From Eubacteriales bacterium (GTDB lineage: Bacteria; Bacillota; Clostridia; Oscillospirales; CAG-272): a DNA stretch of 64,000 nucleotides. Where the stretch lies: assembly GCA_045658225.1 (NCBI GenBank), contig JAZOUO010000009.1:9456-73455 (forward strand). Reading direction: 5' to 3'. Both the position numbers and the translations under genes were made by a program. Positions 37,360 to 47,069 of the stretch are shown in pieces. Under the pieces are notes generated by a model. It was not told the DNA's origin, did not search any database, and saw only the letters and a program-made list of their open reading frames with translations. How positions within the stretch are numbered: position 1 is the stretch's first letter; every line of letters starts with the position of its first letter.

Positions 37360-38129
37360 TATTTTTCCAATCTGTCCTCAAGGGACTCAATTATGTTTAT
37401 TCCCGCCTTGCTGGCAAGCTCTCTTGCCTTTTGCTCGGTTTCACTATCAATAATATGCGGCACGTGATGCGCGTCTGCTCCAAGGACTGCGGAGCAACCG
37501 TGCTCGACAGCGATTTTCCAGAACTCAAAATTGGGGTAATTTCTGCCCTCTCTCATACCAAGAATGTTTATTTCAAGGGGTATATCATTCTCTTTTGCAG
37601 ACTTGCAAAGTCGGCTCATCTCATATTTATAAAAGTCTGCGTCTCCCACGAAATTCAATATATCAGGGTGAGCAATATAGAGAAATTGTCCTGTTGAAAT
37701 TCCTTCTATTACTTGATCGACGTAGCGAGACAGATGTGTTTTGTCAGTGGTTTTTCGTGAGCAGTAGTGGTCGTTTTGCTCATTGCCGAGCGCGTGTTGA
37801 CCGAGAATGAGGTATTCGTAGGAGTAGTCTGACAGAAATTCAATCATTTGCGGGAACACATCGGGATAATATTCGGCTTCAAAGCCGATGCGTATTTTTA
37901 TATCGTTTTTGTATTCGTCGCACAGGTTCTCAAGGGTTTTTATATATTCGTCCGTCTCATTCAGCTTCATACGGAAATGCGAGTAGTATCCGTCCTCAAA
38001 CGGCATAGGCGCGTGGTCTGAAAAGCCGAGGGTTTTAATGCCTGCGGAAATTGCGTTTTCAATAAATTCTCTTTCACTTCCGCTTGCGTGGTTGCAGCGG
38101 TAGGTGTGGTTATGGTAGGAGTGGAGCAT
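37359..38129 (-). CDS. PHP-family phosphatase (histidinol-phosphatase-like)
   Basis: I prefer the ATG at 38129 (MLHSYHNHTYRCNHA, AAAGGAA RBS). The TTG at 38156 lies upstream of the predicted TSS. PHP His motifs are present. Confidence 0.75.
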   Translation of the reverse strand: MLHSYHNHTYRCNHASGSEREFIENAISAGIKTLGFSDHAPMPFEDGYYSHFRMKLNETDEYIKTLENLCDEYKNDIKIRIGFEAEYYPDVFPQMIEFLSDYSYEYLILGQHALGNEQNDHYCSRKTTDKTHLSRYVDQVIEGISTGQFLYIAHPDILNFVGDADFYKYEMSRLCKSAKENDIPLEINILGMREGRNYPNFEFWKIAVEHGCSAVLGADAHHVPHIIDSETEQKARELASKAGINIIESLEDRLEK

Positions 38130-38160
38130 TTTTATTTCCTTTTTGTTTTTTGTCAAGGTA

Positions 38161-38189
38161 ATTATAGCACTTTTTTGATTGTGTGTCTA
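38161..38189 (-). promoter_or_regulatory. sigma-A-type promoter for the PHP phosphatase operon
   Basis: On the minus strand: TAGACA, 17-nt spacer, TGcTATAAT, about 30 nt upstream of the ATG at 38129. Confidence 0.5.
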
Positions 38190-38215
38190 TAAGTTTTTTG
38201 AATTTTTCTTTTGTT

Positions 38216-38247
38216 GTCGCTTTTTGCCAACAGCGGCAAAAAGTGAC
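38216..38247. repeat. 32-bp palindrome, left boundary of the structured intergenic element
   Basis: GTCGCTTTTTGCC-aacagc-GGCAAAAAGTGAC. It matches the palindrome at 38509-38540 at 25/32 positions. Confidence 0.8.
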
Positions 38248-38259
38248 CAAAAAACGCCG

Positions 38260-38417
38260 CTTAAGAGTGGAGAGTGTCCTAATTTCACTCCCGTGAAATT
38301 TGTTTTCGTGGACGAAAACAACGGACGACCCTCTCCCCGTCTTAAGAATCTCCCCACTCCGCGAGTTTGCAAGCAAACTCGTCTGCACAGTGAGGTACAT
38401 TATCTCCCGTCTTAACC
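38260..38417 (-). ncRNA. candidate structured RNA (unclassified): three-way junction plus CUUG-capped hairpin
   Basis: The outer helix pairs 38260-38274 with 38331-38346 and encloses hairpins at 38281-38300 and 38302-38319. A further hairpin spans 38352-38395. Read on the minus strand, the loops are GGGA (GNRA) and CUUG, and one stem position is U-G rather than C-A. Confidence 0.4.
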
Positions 38418-38460
38418 GCTATGGATGGCAACCGAGTAGGCGTTTGCGTGGGTGGGTTTC

Positions 38461-38492
38461 AAAAGGGCGGGAGGAATCGCAACCTCCCGCCC
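38461..38492 (-). terminator. uvrA rho-independent terminator
   Basis: On the minus strand: GGGCGGGAGG-ttgcgatt-CCTCCCGCCC + TTTT. The plus strand also has a T-run. Confidence 0.75.
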
Positions 38493-38508
38493 TTTGTGGC
38501 TTTTTTTG

Positions 38509-38540
38509 GATACTTTTTGCAGCTATTGGCAAAAAGTATC
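38509..38540. repeat. 32-bp perfect palindrome, right boundary of the structured intergenic element
   Basis: GATACTTTTTGC-agctattg-GCAAAAAGTATC, located 8 nt from the uvrA stop codon. Confidence 0.8.
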
Positions 38541-38547
38541 ATAAAAA

Positions 38548-41379
38548 TCATTTATTTAATATCTTCTTCAAATACTGCCCTGTATAAGAGCCTTGTACTC
38601 TTGCAACCTCCTCGGGTGTGCCAGTGGCAACGATAGTACCGCCTCCCTCTCCCCCCTCGGGGCCGAGGTCAATGATATGATCCGCGGTCTTTATCACGTC
38701 AAGGTTGTGCTCTATAACAAGCACGGTGTTCCCACCGTCGCAGATACGGTTTAGCACCTCAAGAAGCTTTGCCACGTCGTGCGTGTGAAGTCCCGTCGTG
38801 GGCTCGTCAAGAATATATATCGTCTTGCCCGTGCTGCGCTTTGAAAGCTCTGTTGCAAGCTTAACTCTCTGCGCCTCGCCGCCCGAAAGCGTGGTTGACG
38901 ACTGACCAATTTTCACGTAGCCAAGCCCAACATCATAAAGTGTCTGAAGCTTGCGCTGAATTTTGGGGAGTCCATCAAAGAAGGTTATTCCCTCCTCAAC
39001 CGTCATATCAAGCACGTCAAATATATTTTTACCCTTATATTTAACCTCAAGCGTGTCGCGGTTGTATCTCTTTCCCTTGCACACGTCACAGGTCACGTAA
39101 ACGTCGGGCAAGAAGTGCATCTCAATGCACTTAACTCCGTCGCCCTCGCAGGCTTCGCATCTGCCTCCCTTGACGTTAAAGGAAAATCTGCCCGCAGTAT
39201 ATCCCTTTGCCTTTGCATCCTTGGTCTGCGAAAAGAGGTCACGAATGTCCGTAAACAGACCCGTGTAGGTCGCAGGGTTGGAGCGAGGAGTGCGCCCTAT
39301 GGGGCTTTGGTCGATACAGATAACCTTGTCGAGATTTTCAAGTCCCTCAATGCCCTTGTTTTTGCCAGGGTAAGAGATAGCGCGGTTGAGGTCGTGCGCA
39401 AGTTTGGGGTAGATTATACCGTTTACAAGCGAGGACTTACCCGAGCCCGAAACTCCCGTCACGCAGACGAATTTGCCAAGCGGCATCTCAACGTCAATAC
39501 ATTTGAGGTTGTTCTGCTCCGCACCCTTGACAGTCAAATAATTGCCGTTGCCCTCGCGTCGAGACTTTGGCACATCTATCTTCATTCTGCCCGACAGATA
39601 TGCGCCCGTGATGGAATCGGGATTGTTTTTGACCTCGTCGGGAGTTCCTGCCGCCACAACGTGACCGCCGTGTATTCCCGCACCGGGACCTATGTCGATT
39701 ATATAGTCAGACTCCTGCATAGTCTCCTCGTCGTGCTCGACGACGATAACCGTATTTCCTATATCACGCAAGCGTTTGAGGGTTGCTATAAGCTTTGAGT
39801 TATCCCTCTGATGAAGTCCTATGCTGGGCTCGTCAAGTATATAAAGCACGCCAACGAGTGACGAGCCTATCTGTGTGGCAAGTCTTATTCTCTGCGCCTC
39901 GCCGCCCGAGAGCGTTCCCGCCTTGCGCGAAAGCGTGAGATACTCAAGTCCGACGCTCACAAGGAAGCCGAGTCGGGCTCTTATTTCCTTGAGTATCTCG
40001 CGGGATATTTCCTGCTCCGTCTCGGTAAGCGTGAGATTATTGACAAACTCAAGCTCGCGCTCAACCGACATAGCGCAAAAGTCGTGCAGATTTATGCCGC
40101 CCACCGTGACTGCAAGTGACAAGGGGTTAAGTCTTTGTCCGTGACAGTATGCGCAGGGTGCTTCTTCTACAAACTGCTCGTAATATTCCGCCGCCATACC
40201 CATCGCCATTCTCTGCTCTATCATAGGTATAACGCCGTCAAAGGATGCAAGTCGGCGGTGAGCCTCGCCGCCAAAATATCTTACGACGTCGTACTTTTCA
40301 GTGCCGCTTCCGTACATAAGCACGTCATAAGCCTTGTCCGAAAAGTCCTTTATGGGCGTGTTGAGGTCAAATCCGAATTTTTCACCGACTGCGGCAAATA
40401 ACGGACCGTTCCAGCTCTCGTCCTCAAGGGTCTTGAAGCCGTTTACGTTTATCGCTCCTTCGCGGAGTGACAGGGACTTATTGGGTATAACTCTGTCAAG
40501 CGCGATTCGTCTTGTGTCGCCAAGTCCCGAGCAGTGCGGACACGCGCCCTGCGGGTTGTTGAACGAGAACATTCTCGGCTCAAGCTCTCCGACAGAAACT
40601 CCGTGTTCCTCGCAGGCATAGGACTGCGAAAAGGAAAGCTCCTCTCCCTCGCTGTTATCTCTCGGGAGCGTGACGACGAGCAGATGTCCGTCTGCCGCCG
40701 ACAACGCGCTCTCAACCGAATCGGCAAGGCGCGAGCGTATTCCGTCCTTCATTACAAGTCTGTCGACTACTATCTCAATAGAGTGCTTTTTATTCTTGTC
40801 AAGCTTTATCTCCTCGGACAAATCGTATATACTTCCGTCAATTCTGACGCGCGCATAGCCGCTTTTTTTTGCATCCGAGAGCACCTTTTCGTGCATTCCC
40901 TTTTGCGCACGAACAACTGGCGCAAGTATCATAAATCTCTCGCCCTCGGGGAGTGCCGTCACTCGCTCGATTATCTGGTCAACGCTCTGCTGTCTTATCT
41001 CCTTGCCGCAAATGGGACAGTGAGGCACGCCGATGCGCGCGTAGAGCAGACGCAGATAGTCGTATATTTCTGTCACCGTTCCAACTGTGGAACGGGGGTT
41101 TTTTGACGTTGTTTTCTGGTCTATGGAAATAGACGGAGAGAGCCCCTCGATAATATCCACGTCAGGCTTGTCCAGCTGACCGAGAAACATTCTCGCATAG
41201 CTCGAGAGTGACTCCACGAAGCGTCTGTGTCCCTCGGCATACACCGTGTCAAACGCGAGCGACGACTTGCCGCTTCCCGACAGACCCGAAAGCACGACCA
41301 GCTTGTCGCGCGGTATATCGACGTCAATATTCTTGAGGTTGTGTACCCTCGCTCCTCTGATTACTATATTCTGCGCCAT
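38548..41379 (-). CDS. uvrA: excinuclease ABC subunit A
   Basis: 943 aa. [39 protein letters not shown], two ABC modules and zinc-finger Cys motifs. Confidence 0.95.
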   Translation of the reverse strand: MAQNIVIRGARVHNLKNIDVDIPRDKLVVLSGLSGSGKSSLAFDTVYAEGHRRFVESLSSYARMFLGQLDKPDVDIIEGLSPSISIDQKTTSKNPRSTVGTVTEIYDYLRLLYARIGVPHCPICGKEIRQQSVDQIIERVTALPEGERFMILAPVVRAQKGMHEKVLSDAKKSGYARVRIDGSIYDLSEEIKLDKNKKHSIEIVVDRLVMKDGIRSRLADSVESALSAADGHLLVVTLPRDNSEGEELSFSQSYACEEHGVSVGELEPRMFSFNNPQGACPHCSGLGDTRRIALDRVIPNKSLSLREGAINVNGFKTLEDESWNGPLFAAVGEKFGFDLNTPIKDFSDKAYDVLMYGSGTEKYDVVRYFGGEAHRRLASFDGVIPMIEQRMAMGMAAEYYEQFVEEAPCAYCHGQRLNPLSLAVTVGGINLHDFCAMSVERELEFVNNLTLTETEQEISREILKEIRARLGFLVSVGLEYLTLSRKAGTLSGGEAQRIRLATQIGSSLVGVLYILDEPSIGLHQRDNSKLIATLKRLRDIGNTVIVVEHDEETMQESDYIIDIGPGAGIHGGHVVAAGTPDEVKNNPDSITGAYLSGRMKIDVPKSRREGNGNYLTVKGAEQNNLKCIDVEMPLGKFVCVTGVSGSGKSSLVNGIIYPKLAHDLNRAISYPGKNKGIEGLENLDKVICIDQSPIGRTPRSNPATYTGLFTDIRDLFSQTKDAKAKGYTAGRFSFNVKGGRCEACEGDGVKCIEMHFLPDVYVTCDVCKGKRYNRDTLEVKYKGKNIFDVLDMTVEEGITFFDGLPKIQRKLQTLYDVGLGYVKIGQSSTTLSGGEAQRVKLATELSKRSTGKTIYILDEPTTGLHTHDVAKLLEVLNRICDGGNTVLVIEHNLDVIKTADHIIDLGPEGGEGGGTIVATGTPEEVARVQGSYTGQYLKKILNK

Positions 41380-41386
41380 AATTCTC

Positions 41387-43357
41387 CTATTCTTCCCTTA
41401 TCCTCTTTATCTCGTCACGCAGGTATGCCGCGCGCTCGAAGTCGAGCTTGCGTGCGGCGTTCTTCATCTCGACAGTCATTGATGCGATGAGCTTGTCCTT
41501 TTCCTGCGTTGTCATCTTCTTCTTTGTCTTTGTTTGCTTCTTATTTGACGTATCCTCCGACGCGCCTATGTCGATCACGTCACGCACGCCCTTGATGATT
41601 GTTTTAGGCGTGATACCGTGCGTCTCGTTGTACGCCATCTGAATCTTACGGCGGCGTTCGGTCTCGCGTATCGCACCCGCCATTGAGTTTGTTATGCTAT
41701 CAGCATACATTATGACCTTTCCGCCCGCGTTTCTCGCGGCGCGTCCTATGGTCTGGATAAGAGACCTCTCTGCACGCAAAAAGCCTTCCTTGTCTGCGTC
41801 AAGTATCGCAACGAGCGACACCTCGGGTATATCAAGTCCCTCACGAAGCAAATTTATTCCAACGAGAACGTCGAAAACTCCAAGACGTAGGTCTCGGATT
41901 ATCTCCATTCTCTCCATTGTGTCCACGTTATGATGAATATATCTGACCTTAATTTCATTACTTTCAAGATACTCGGTAAGGTCCTCCGCCATCTTTTTCG
42001 TGAGAGTGGTGACAAGCACCCTCTCGCCCTTTTTAGTGCGCTCACGTATCTCTCCCATAAGGTTGTCTATCTGACCCTCAATGGGGCACACCTCGAGCTC
42101 GGGGTCAACAAGTCCCGTCGGACGAATTATCTGCTCGACGGTCTGCTCCGAGTGTATGTTTTCATAGTCTCCGGGCGTTGCGGAGACGAATATCGCCTGA
42201 TTTATTTTTGACTCAAACTCCTCAAAATAAAGCGGTCTGTTGTCGTATGCTGAGGGCAGTCTGAAGCCATAGTCTATAAGGTTTTTCTTTCTTGCTGTAT
42301 CTCCTCCACTCATTCCCCTGACCTGTGGAAGCGTCACGTGTGACTCGTCCACAAACATAATAAAGTCCTCGGGAAAATAGTCGAGAAGTGTGTAAGGTGT
42401 CGAGCCCGCCGGGCGACGCGCGAGAACTCTCGAATAGTTCTCAACGCCCGAGCAAAAGCCTATTTCTTTTAGCATTTCCATGTCGTACTTGACGCGTTCC
42501 TTTATTCTCTGCGCCTCGATAAGCTTGTTCTCGGACTCAAAATACTCTACGCGGTCGTACATCTCACACATAATGTCAGCTATAGCCGCCTCTCGCTTTT
42601 CGTCGGATACGGCATAGTGAGTTGCGGGGTAAATGGCAACGTAGGAAAGTAGTCTTACATACTCTCCCGTCACAATATTTATCTCTGAAATTCTGTCAAT
42701 TTCGTCGTCGAAAAATTCAATTCTTATAGCCTTATCGTCCATATTTGCGGGGATTATCTCAAGCGTATCCCCACGGACTCGGAAATTGTCACGCGTAAGG
42801 CTCATATCATTTCTCGTATAGCTTATAGCGACCAGTCGCTGTATGAGCTCTTCACGCGACATTATCATTCCCGGACGTAGAGCGAGGACAAGTCCCTTGT
42901 ACTCGTCAGGCTCACCAAGTGAATATATGCACGACACAGAGGCTACGATGATTACGTCTTTTCTCTCGAAAAGAGCGCTCGTAGCCGAATGGCGAAGTCT
43001 GTCTATCTCGTCGTTGATAAGCGCGTCCTTTTCTATATACATATCTTTGCCGGGGATATAAGCCTCAGGCTGATAGTAGTCGTAATAGGACACAAAATAC
43101 TCAACCGCGTTGTCGGGAAAGAACTCCCGAAACTCCGAGCAGAGCTGCGCCGCAAGTGTTTTATTGTGCGCGAGCACCAGGGTGGGCTTGTTTACCTGCG
43201 CTATGACGTTTGCCATAGTGAAGGTCTTACCCGATCCCGTGACGCCCAAAAGAGTCTGCATACGCTTGCCCTCTCGAATGCCGCGCACGAGACCCTCAAT
43301 AGCCTCGGGCTGATCGCCCGAGGCTTGATATTCACTTTTAAGAATGAATTTTTCCAT
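41387..43357 (-). CDS. uvrB: excinuclease ABC subunit B
   Basis: Start moved to the ATG at 43357 ([20 protein letters not shown]). [10 protein letters not shown] and the C-terminal UVR domain are present. Confidence 0.95.
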   Translation of the reverse strand: MEKFILKSEYQASGDQPEAIEGLVRGIREGKRMQTLLGVTGSGKTFTMANVIAQVNKPTLVLAHNKTLAAQLCSEFREFFPDNAVEYFVSYYDYYQPEAYIPGKDMYIEKDALINDEIDRLRHSATSALFERKDVIIVASVSCIYSLGEPDEYKGLVLALRPGMIMSREELIQRLVAISYTRNDMSLTRDNFRVRGDTLEIIPANMDDKAIRIEFFDDEIDRISEINIVTGEYVRLLSYVAIYPATHYAVSDEKREAAIADIMCEMYDRVEYFESENKLIEAQRIKERVKYDMEMLKEIGFCSGVENYSRVLARRPAGSTPYTLLDYFPEDFIMFVDESHVTLPQVRGMSGGDTARKKNLIDYGFRLPSAYDNRPLYFEEFESKINQAIFVSATPGDYENIHSEQTVEQIIRPTGLVDPELEVCPIEGQIDNLMGEIRERTKKGERVLVTTLTKKMAEDLTEYLESNEIKVRYIHHNVDTMERMEIIRDLRLGVFDVLVGINLLREGLDIPEVSLVAILDADKEGFLRAERSLIQTIGRAARNAGGKVIMYADSITNSMAGAIRETERRRKIQMAYNETHGITPKTIIKGVRDVIDIGASEDTSNKKQTKTKKKMTTQEKDKLIASMTVEMKNAARKLDFERAAYLRDEIKRIREE

Positions 43358-43385
43358 ACTTTTAGTGTTCTCTTTTTTGTGAAAA

Positions 43386-44018
43386 TTATTCTGCTGCTTC
43401 CTCTGTTGCTTCTTCTGTTGCCTCTGCCTCAACCTCAACGGGAGCTTCATCGTCAGCCTTCTTGGATGCCTTTATGTAAGCAATAAGAGAAAGAACGAAG
43501 GAAAGAACCGTGAGAACGATGATAACGATACCTGCTATCATAAGAAGAATGTTTACGATAGCGTCAGCTGCGCCGAGAATAGCGGGAAGGAACACGATAA
43601 GGATAGCACCGATAAGTATTCTGAGCCATTCCTTGGAAAGCTGCTCCTTCTTGGAGGGAGCGATAACTATTCTGATAATGGGAAGAACGATAAGGTAAAT
43701 TGCAAGAAGCACTGTAAGTATCGTAGAAATGATAGCGTTCTGGTAAACGATCATAATAGCTCCGAGCACTACTGCGATAGCGGAAACTATAACGTCAAAC
43801 AGACCTCCCTTTTCCTTGTGAGCAAGGTTTACGATACCTCTGATAAGGGGTGCGATGTTGGTAAGGATAATGATTATACCTGTGACGATAAGCACCCACT
43901 TGATGATTGTGGCAGCTCCAAGTGTGGAGAGGAACAAAAGAAGTCCTCCGAAAATAAGTCCGAATACGAGCGAGATAATTATCTCAGCAAGTACGCTCTT
44001 TTTTGTCTTTGTAGCCAT
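43386..44018 (-). CDS. hypothetical multi-pass membrane protein (DUF308/HdeD-like) with an acidic tail
   Basis: 210 aa with about 6 TM segments. C-terminus [22 protein letters not shown]. Confidence 0.5.
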   Translation of the reverse strand: MATKTKKSVLAEIIISLVFGLIFGGLLLFLSTLGAATIIKWVLIVTGIIIILTNIAPLIRGIVNLAHKEKGGLFDVIVSAIAVVLGAIMIVYQNAIISTILTVLLAIYLIVLPIIRIVIAPSKKEQLSKEWLRILIGAILIVFLPAILGAADAIVNILLMIAGIVIIVLTVLSFVLSLIAYIKASKKADDEAPVEVEAEATEEATEEAAE

Positions 44019-44022
44019 GTTG

Positions 44023-44547
44023 TTAAATTCCTTTCTGATTTGAATTTAATTGTTTTATATAAGCTAAAGCATCGGGATGAATACTTCCCTCGAGAGATGA
44101 AAGCTCACCCATAGCTATAACTTCTCTGATGTTTGTTGAGCTTATAGAGTCAAAGCTCGGGTCTGCGGGCATAAACAGCGCTTGCGCACGGGGATTATGC
44201 TCGCGATTGTATTTGGCGTGTATCATTTCATATTCAAAGTCACGCGAGTCGCGCACGCCGCGCACCACTGCAACTATATTATATGCGTCACAAAAATCTA
44301 TAAGCATTCCGTCCCAAAGCACCGCCTCGGCGTTTTTTATATGGGATATTGAGAGACGCGTCAGCTCAAGTCTCTGCTCGGGAGTGAACATATATTCCGT
44401 CTTTGAGGACAGTCTTTTGTCATGCTCTGCCGAGTCGTTGTTCATCACCGCGACGTATATTTTTTCAAACATCGGAGATGCGCGCTCAATTATATTGACG
44501 TGACCAAGAGTTATGGGGTCAAAGCTACCCGGTACGAGTGCGTTCAT
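44023..44547 (-). CDS. coaD: pantetheine-phosphate adenylyltransferase
   Basis: 174 aa. PGSFDPITLGHVNIIERA matches CoaD. Confidence 0.9.
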   Translation of the reverse strand: MNALVPGSFDPITLGHVNIIERASPMFEKIYVAVMNNDSAEHDKRLSSKTEYMFTPEQRLELTRLSISHIKNAEAVLWDGMLIDFCDAYNIVAVVRGVRDSRDFEYEMIHAKYNREHNPRAQALFMPADPSFDSISSTNIREVIAMGELSSLEGSIHPDALAYIKQLNSNQKGI

Positions 44548-44562
44548 ATTATCTGTCCTTTC

Positions 44563-45129
44563 TCAATTATTTTTTATGCCTATAAGGGTTATGTTTGCCG
44601 CGCCGAATTTTTTGTGCTTTATCACCTCAAAAATTTCTCTTGACTCGGGGCAGGACTCAAAAATATCCTCCTCCTCGCTCTCGCAAGCGATTATAGTCGT
44701 AGGCTTGAGAAGTCCCGCGTCATAAAGACTTTTCGCACTTTGCGCGGCTATGCGCAAAGCGTACGGCGGGTCTATAAAGACTATATCGTATTTTTTTCGA
44801 TTTCTCACGGCACGGATAAAGTCCGAAACGTCGGAGCATATAACGCTCGCGCCGTCGAGCAGTTTCGTTTTTATAATATTTTCGTCAATAACTTTAGTGG
44901 CTTGCTTTGACTTGTCCACCATTGTCGCGCTGTTTGCTCCGCGAGACAACGCCTCAAGCCCAAGCTGTCCCGAGCCCGCGTAAAGGTCTAGCACGTCTCT
45001 GCCCTCAATATCAAATTGAAGCATAGAGAACAATGCCTCCTTACATCTTTCGGACGTGGGTCTTGTGGCGTCCCCCTCAAGAGTTCTGAGCTTGACACCG
45101 CGAGCCTTGCCCGTGATTATTCTCATCAT
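44563..45129 (-). CDS. rsmD: 16S rRNA (guanine966-N2)-methyltransferase RsmD
   Basis: 188 aa. RIITGKARGVKLRTLEGDATRPTSERCKEALFSML and DPPY motifs. Confidence 0.85.
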   Translation of the reverse strand: MMRIITGKARGVKLRTLEGDATRPTSERCKEALFSMLQFDIEGRDVLDLYAGSGQLGLEALSRGANSATMVDKSKQATKVIDENIIKTKLLDGASVICSDVSDFIRAVRNRKKYDIVFIDPPYALRIAAQSAKSLYDAGLLKPTTIIACESEEEDIFESCPESREIFEVIKHKKFGAANITLIGIKNN

Positions 45130-45148
45130 AATTCTTGCCTTTTCCTAT

Positions 45149-46993
45149 TTATTTCTTACCTTTTTCAAAATATTCTCTGATATTTTTTGCCAAAGCCTCG
45201 GTAATTCCCGAAACTTGAGTCAGCTCCTCAACAGTCGCTCTCTGAACACCCGCAAGTCCGCCAAAGGTCTTGAGCAGCAGCTTTGCCTTGGCGTCACCAA
45301 TTCCCTTTATCTTCGTCAGAGAGGATTTTGTAAGTGTCTTCCTCTTTGCGCTGTCCATTTTAGATACTGTGTATCTATGCACTTCCTCTTGTATCTTATA
45401 GATAAACACAAACACCGCGTTCTCGCGCGAAATGTTTATCTCCTCGCTTTCGGTACAGAGCGCGCGGGTCTTGTGGAACTCGTCCTTGACCATTCCAAAA
45501 ACCGCTATATGCTCCATTCCCCGTTCGCGCAAAAGCTCCTTGACTGTGGAGACGTGTCCACGTCCTCCATCAAGCAGTATAAGGTCGGGTAGATGCGAAA
45601 ACGAGCCGTCCTCGTCCGACAGGTGCGACAGTCGACGGTCTATGACCTGCCGCATTGATGCGTAGTCATCGGTAGTGCCTTCAAGACCCTTTATCTTAAA
45701 GCTTCTGTAATCCGACCTCTTGAAAGAGCGTCCCTCCGTCACTATCATACCAGCGGTGATATGCTCTTTTCCAAGGTTGGATATATCGTACGCCTCGATT
45801 CTCTCGGGGTAGGTTTCAAGACACAAAAGCTCGGCGAGGCGCAAAAGCACCTTTTCGTCCTTTTCGTTTTCAATCTTATAAAGCTTTGCCTGCTCCGCGG
45901 CATTATCTCTCGCCATATCGCAAAGCATCTTGGCATCTCCCCTCTCAGGAGTTCTGATTTTCACGCGGCGCCCCGAGAGCTCAGATAGATAATCCGAGAG
46001 CAGCTCTCTCTCCTCGTCCTCAAGTTCAAATGAGACAAGTATGCTTTTGGGTATATATTCGCGTCTGAGATAATGCTCCAATATAAACGAGCTGATATTG
46101 CTCTCGTCAACAATTCTGTCTGCGCCAAAGGTGTAGTCACTCTTGTCACTGACTGCGCCGTTTCGTATATAAAGCACGGATATTGCCGTGCAGACGTCAT
46201 CTGAGTAAAGCGAGATTATGTCGTGTTCCGTATCGGGTGACGCTACCACCTTTTGCTTTTGACTGAGTCTATCAAGCGCGGCTATGGTGTCGCGACACTT
46301 TGCCGCAGCCTCGTATCTTTCGCGTTCGGCGTAGTCATACATTTTTTCAGTCAACTCTTTTTTAACCTCGCTCGTATTGCCCCGCAGAACGTCGGTCGCA
46401 TATCTTATCTTTTCAGCATATTCCTCGGGTGTGATGTTTCCCGTGCATACACCGCAGCAGCGTCCTATCTGATAGTATATACATGGTCTCTCCTTGCCAA
46501 TATCCTTTGGAAATTTTCTTTTGCAGGTGGGGATTCCAAGTGTTGCAGACAACGTATTTATTACTGAATAGACTGTTGAAACTCCAGAATACGGGCCGAA
46601 ATATTTTCCCTTGTCGGAGTCTCTTTTACGAGTCATAGTCAACACAGGATACTTGCCCTCAGGAATCTTTATATACGGATATGACTTTGCATCCTTGAGC
46701 CTTATATTATATTTCGGATTGTATTGCTTTATCAGCGTATTTTCAAGTGTGAGCGCTTCAATTTCGGTATCACACACATAATAGTCAAAATCCTTGACTT
46801 GTGACACCATTTTTGCGGTTTTCGTGTTTTTTTCACCTTGACGGAAATATTGAGTCACACGATTTTTGAGTTTGCGTGATTTACCAACGTAAATAACGCC
46901 CCCCGCGCCCTTCATTATATATACTCCCGGACGCATAGGCAGAGTATTGGCTTTTTCAAGAAGATTTTTCATATTATCTCTTGCCTGTTGCAT
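45149..46993 (-). CDS. uvrC: excinuclease ABC subunit C
   Basis: 614 aa. GIY-YIG motif (PGVYIM...IYVGKS), UVR domain and C-terminal HhH. GGAGGAG RBS. Confidence 0.95.
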   Translation of the reverse strand: MQQARDNMKNLLEKANTLPMRPGVYIMKGAGGVIYVGKSRKLKNRVTQYFRQGEKNTKTAKMVSQVKDFDYYVCDTEIEALTLENTLIKQYNPKYNIRLKDAKSYPYIKIPEGKYPVLTMTRKRDSDKGKYFGPYSGVSTVYSVINTLSATLGIPTCKRKFPKDIGKERPCIYYQIGRCCGVCTGNITPEEYAEKIRYATDVLRGNTSEVKKELTEKMYDYAERERYEAAAKCRDTIAALDRLSQKQKVVASPDTEHDIISLYSDDVCTAISVLYIRNGAVSDKSDYTFGADRIVDESNISSFILEHYLRREYIPKSILVSFELEDEERELLSDYLSELSGRRVKIRTPERGDAKMLCDMARDNAAEQAKLYKIENEKDEKVLLRLAELLCLETYPERIEAYDISNLGKEHITAGMIVTEGRSFKRSDYRSFKIKGLEGTTDDYASMRQVIDRRLSHLSDEDGSFSHLPDLILLDGGRGHVSTVKELLRERGMEHIAVFGMVKDEFHKTRALCTESEEINISRENAVFVFIYKIQEEVHRYTVSKMDSAKRKTLTKSSLTKIKGIGDAKAKLLLKTFGGLAGVQRATVEELTQVSGITEALAKNIREYFEKGKK

Positions 46994-47006
46994 AATACTC
47001 CTCCTA

Positions 47007-47058
47007 AAATCAAAATAAAAATGGCACGGCGAAGCTCAAAGCAATCCGTGCCATTTTT
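47007..47058 (-). terminator. ptsH terminator
   Basis: On the minus strand: AAAAATGGCACGG-(16 nt)-CCGTGCCATTTTTATTTT. Confidence 0.75.
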
Positions 47059-47069
47059 ATTTTACATGA

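Noticed and set aside
38130-38547. Tested whether the structured region is tmRNA, RNase P RNA, SRP RNA or a His T-box.
   Set aside because: None of the diagnostic strings was found on either strand: GAGGAAAGTCC for RNase P, a tag ORF plus GGTTCGAATCC..ACCA end for tmRNA, or GGTGGTACCGCG for a T-box. The GGTTGCGATTCC loop in the uvrA terminator only superficially resembles a T-arm.
38110-38636. Small ORFs of 61-96 aa on both strands in the uvrA / PHP-gene intergenic region.
   Set aside because: They overlap each other, run through hairpins, the terminator and the predicted promoter, and lack an RBS. Their translations are low-complexity. The region is better explained as non-coding structured sequence.
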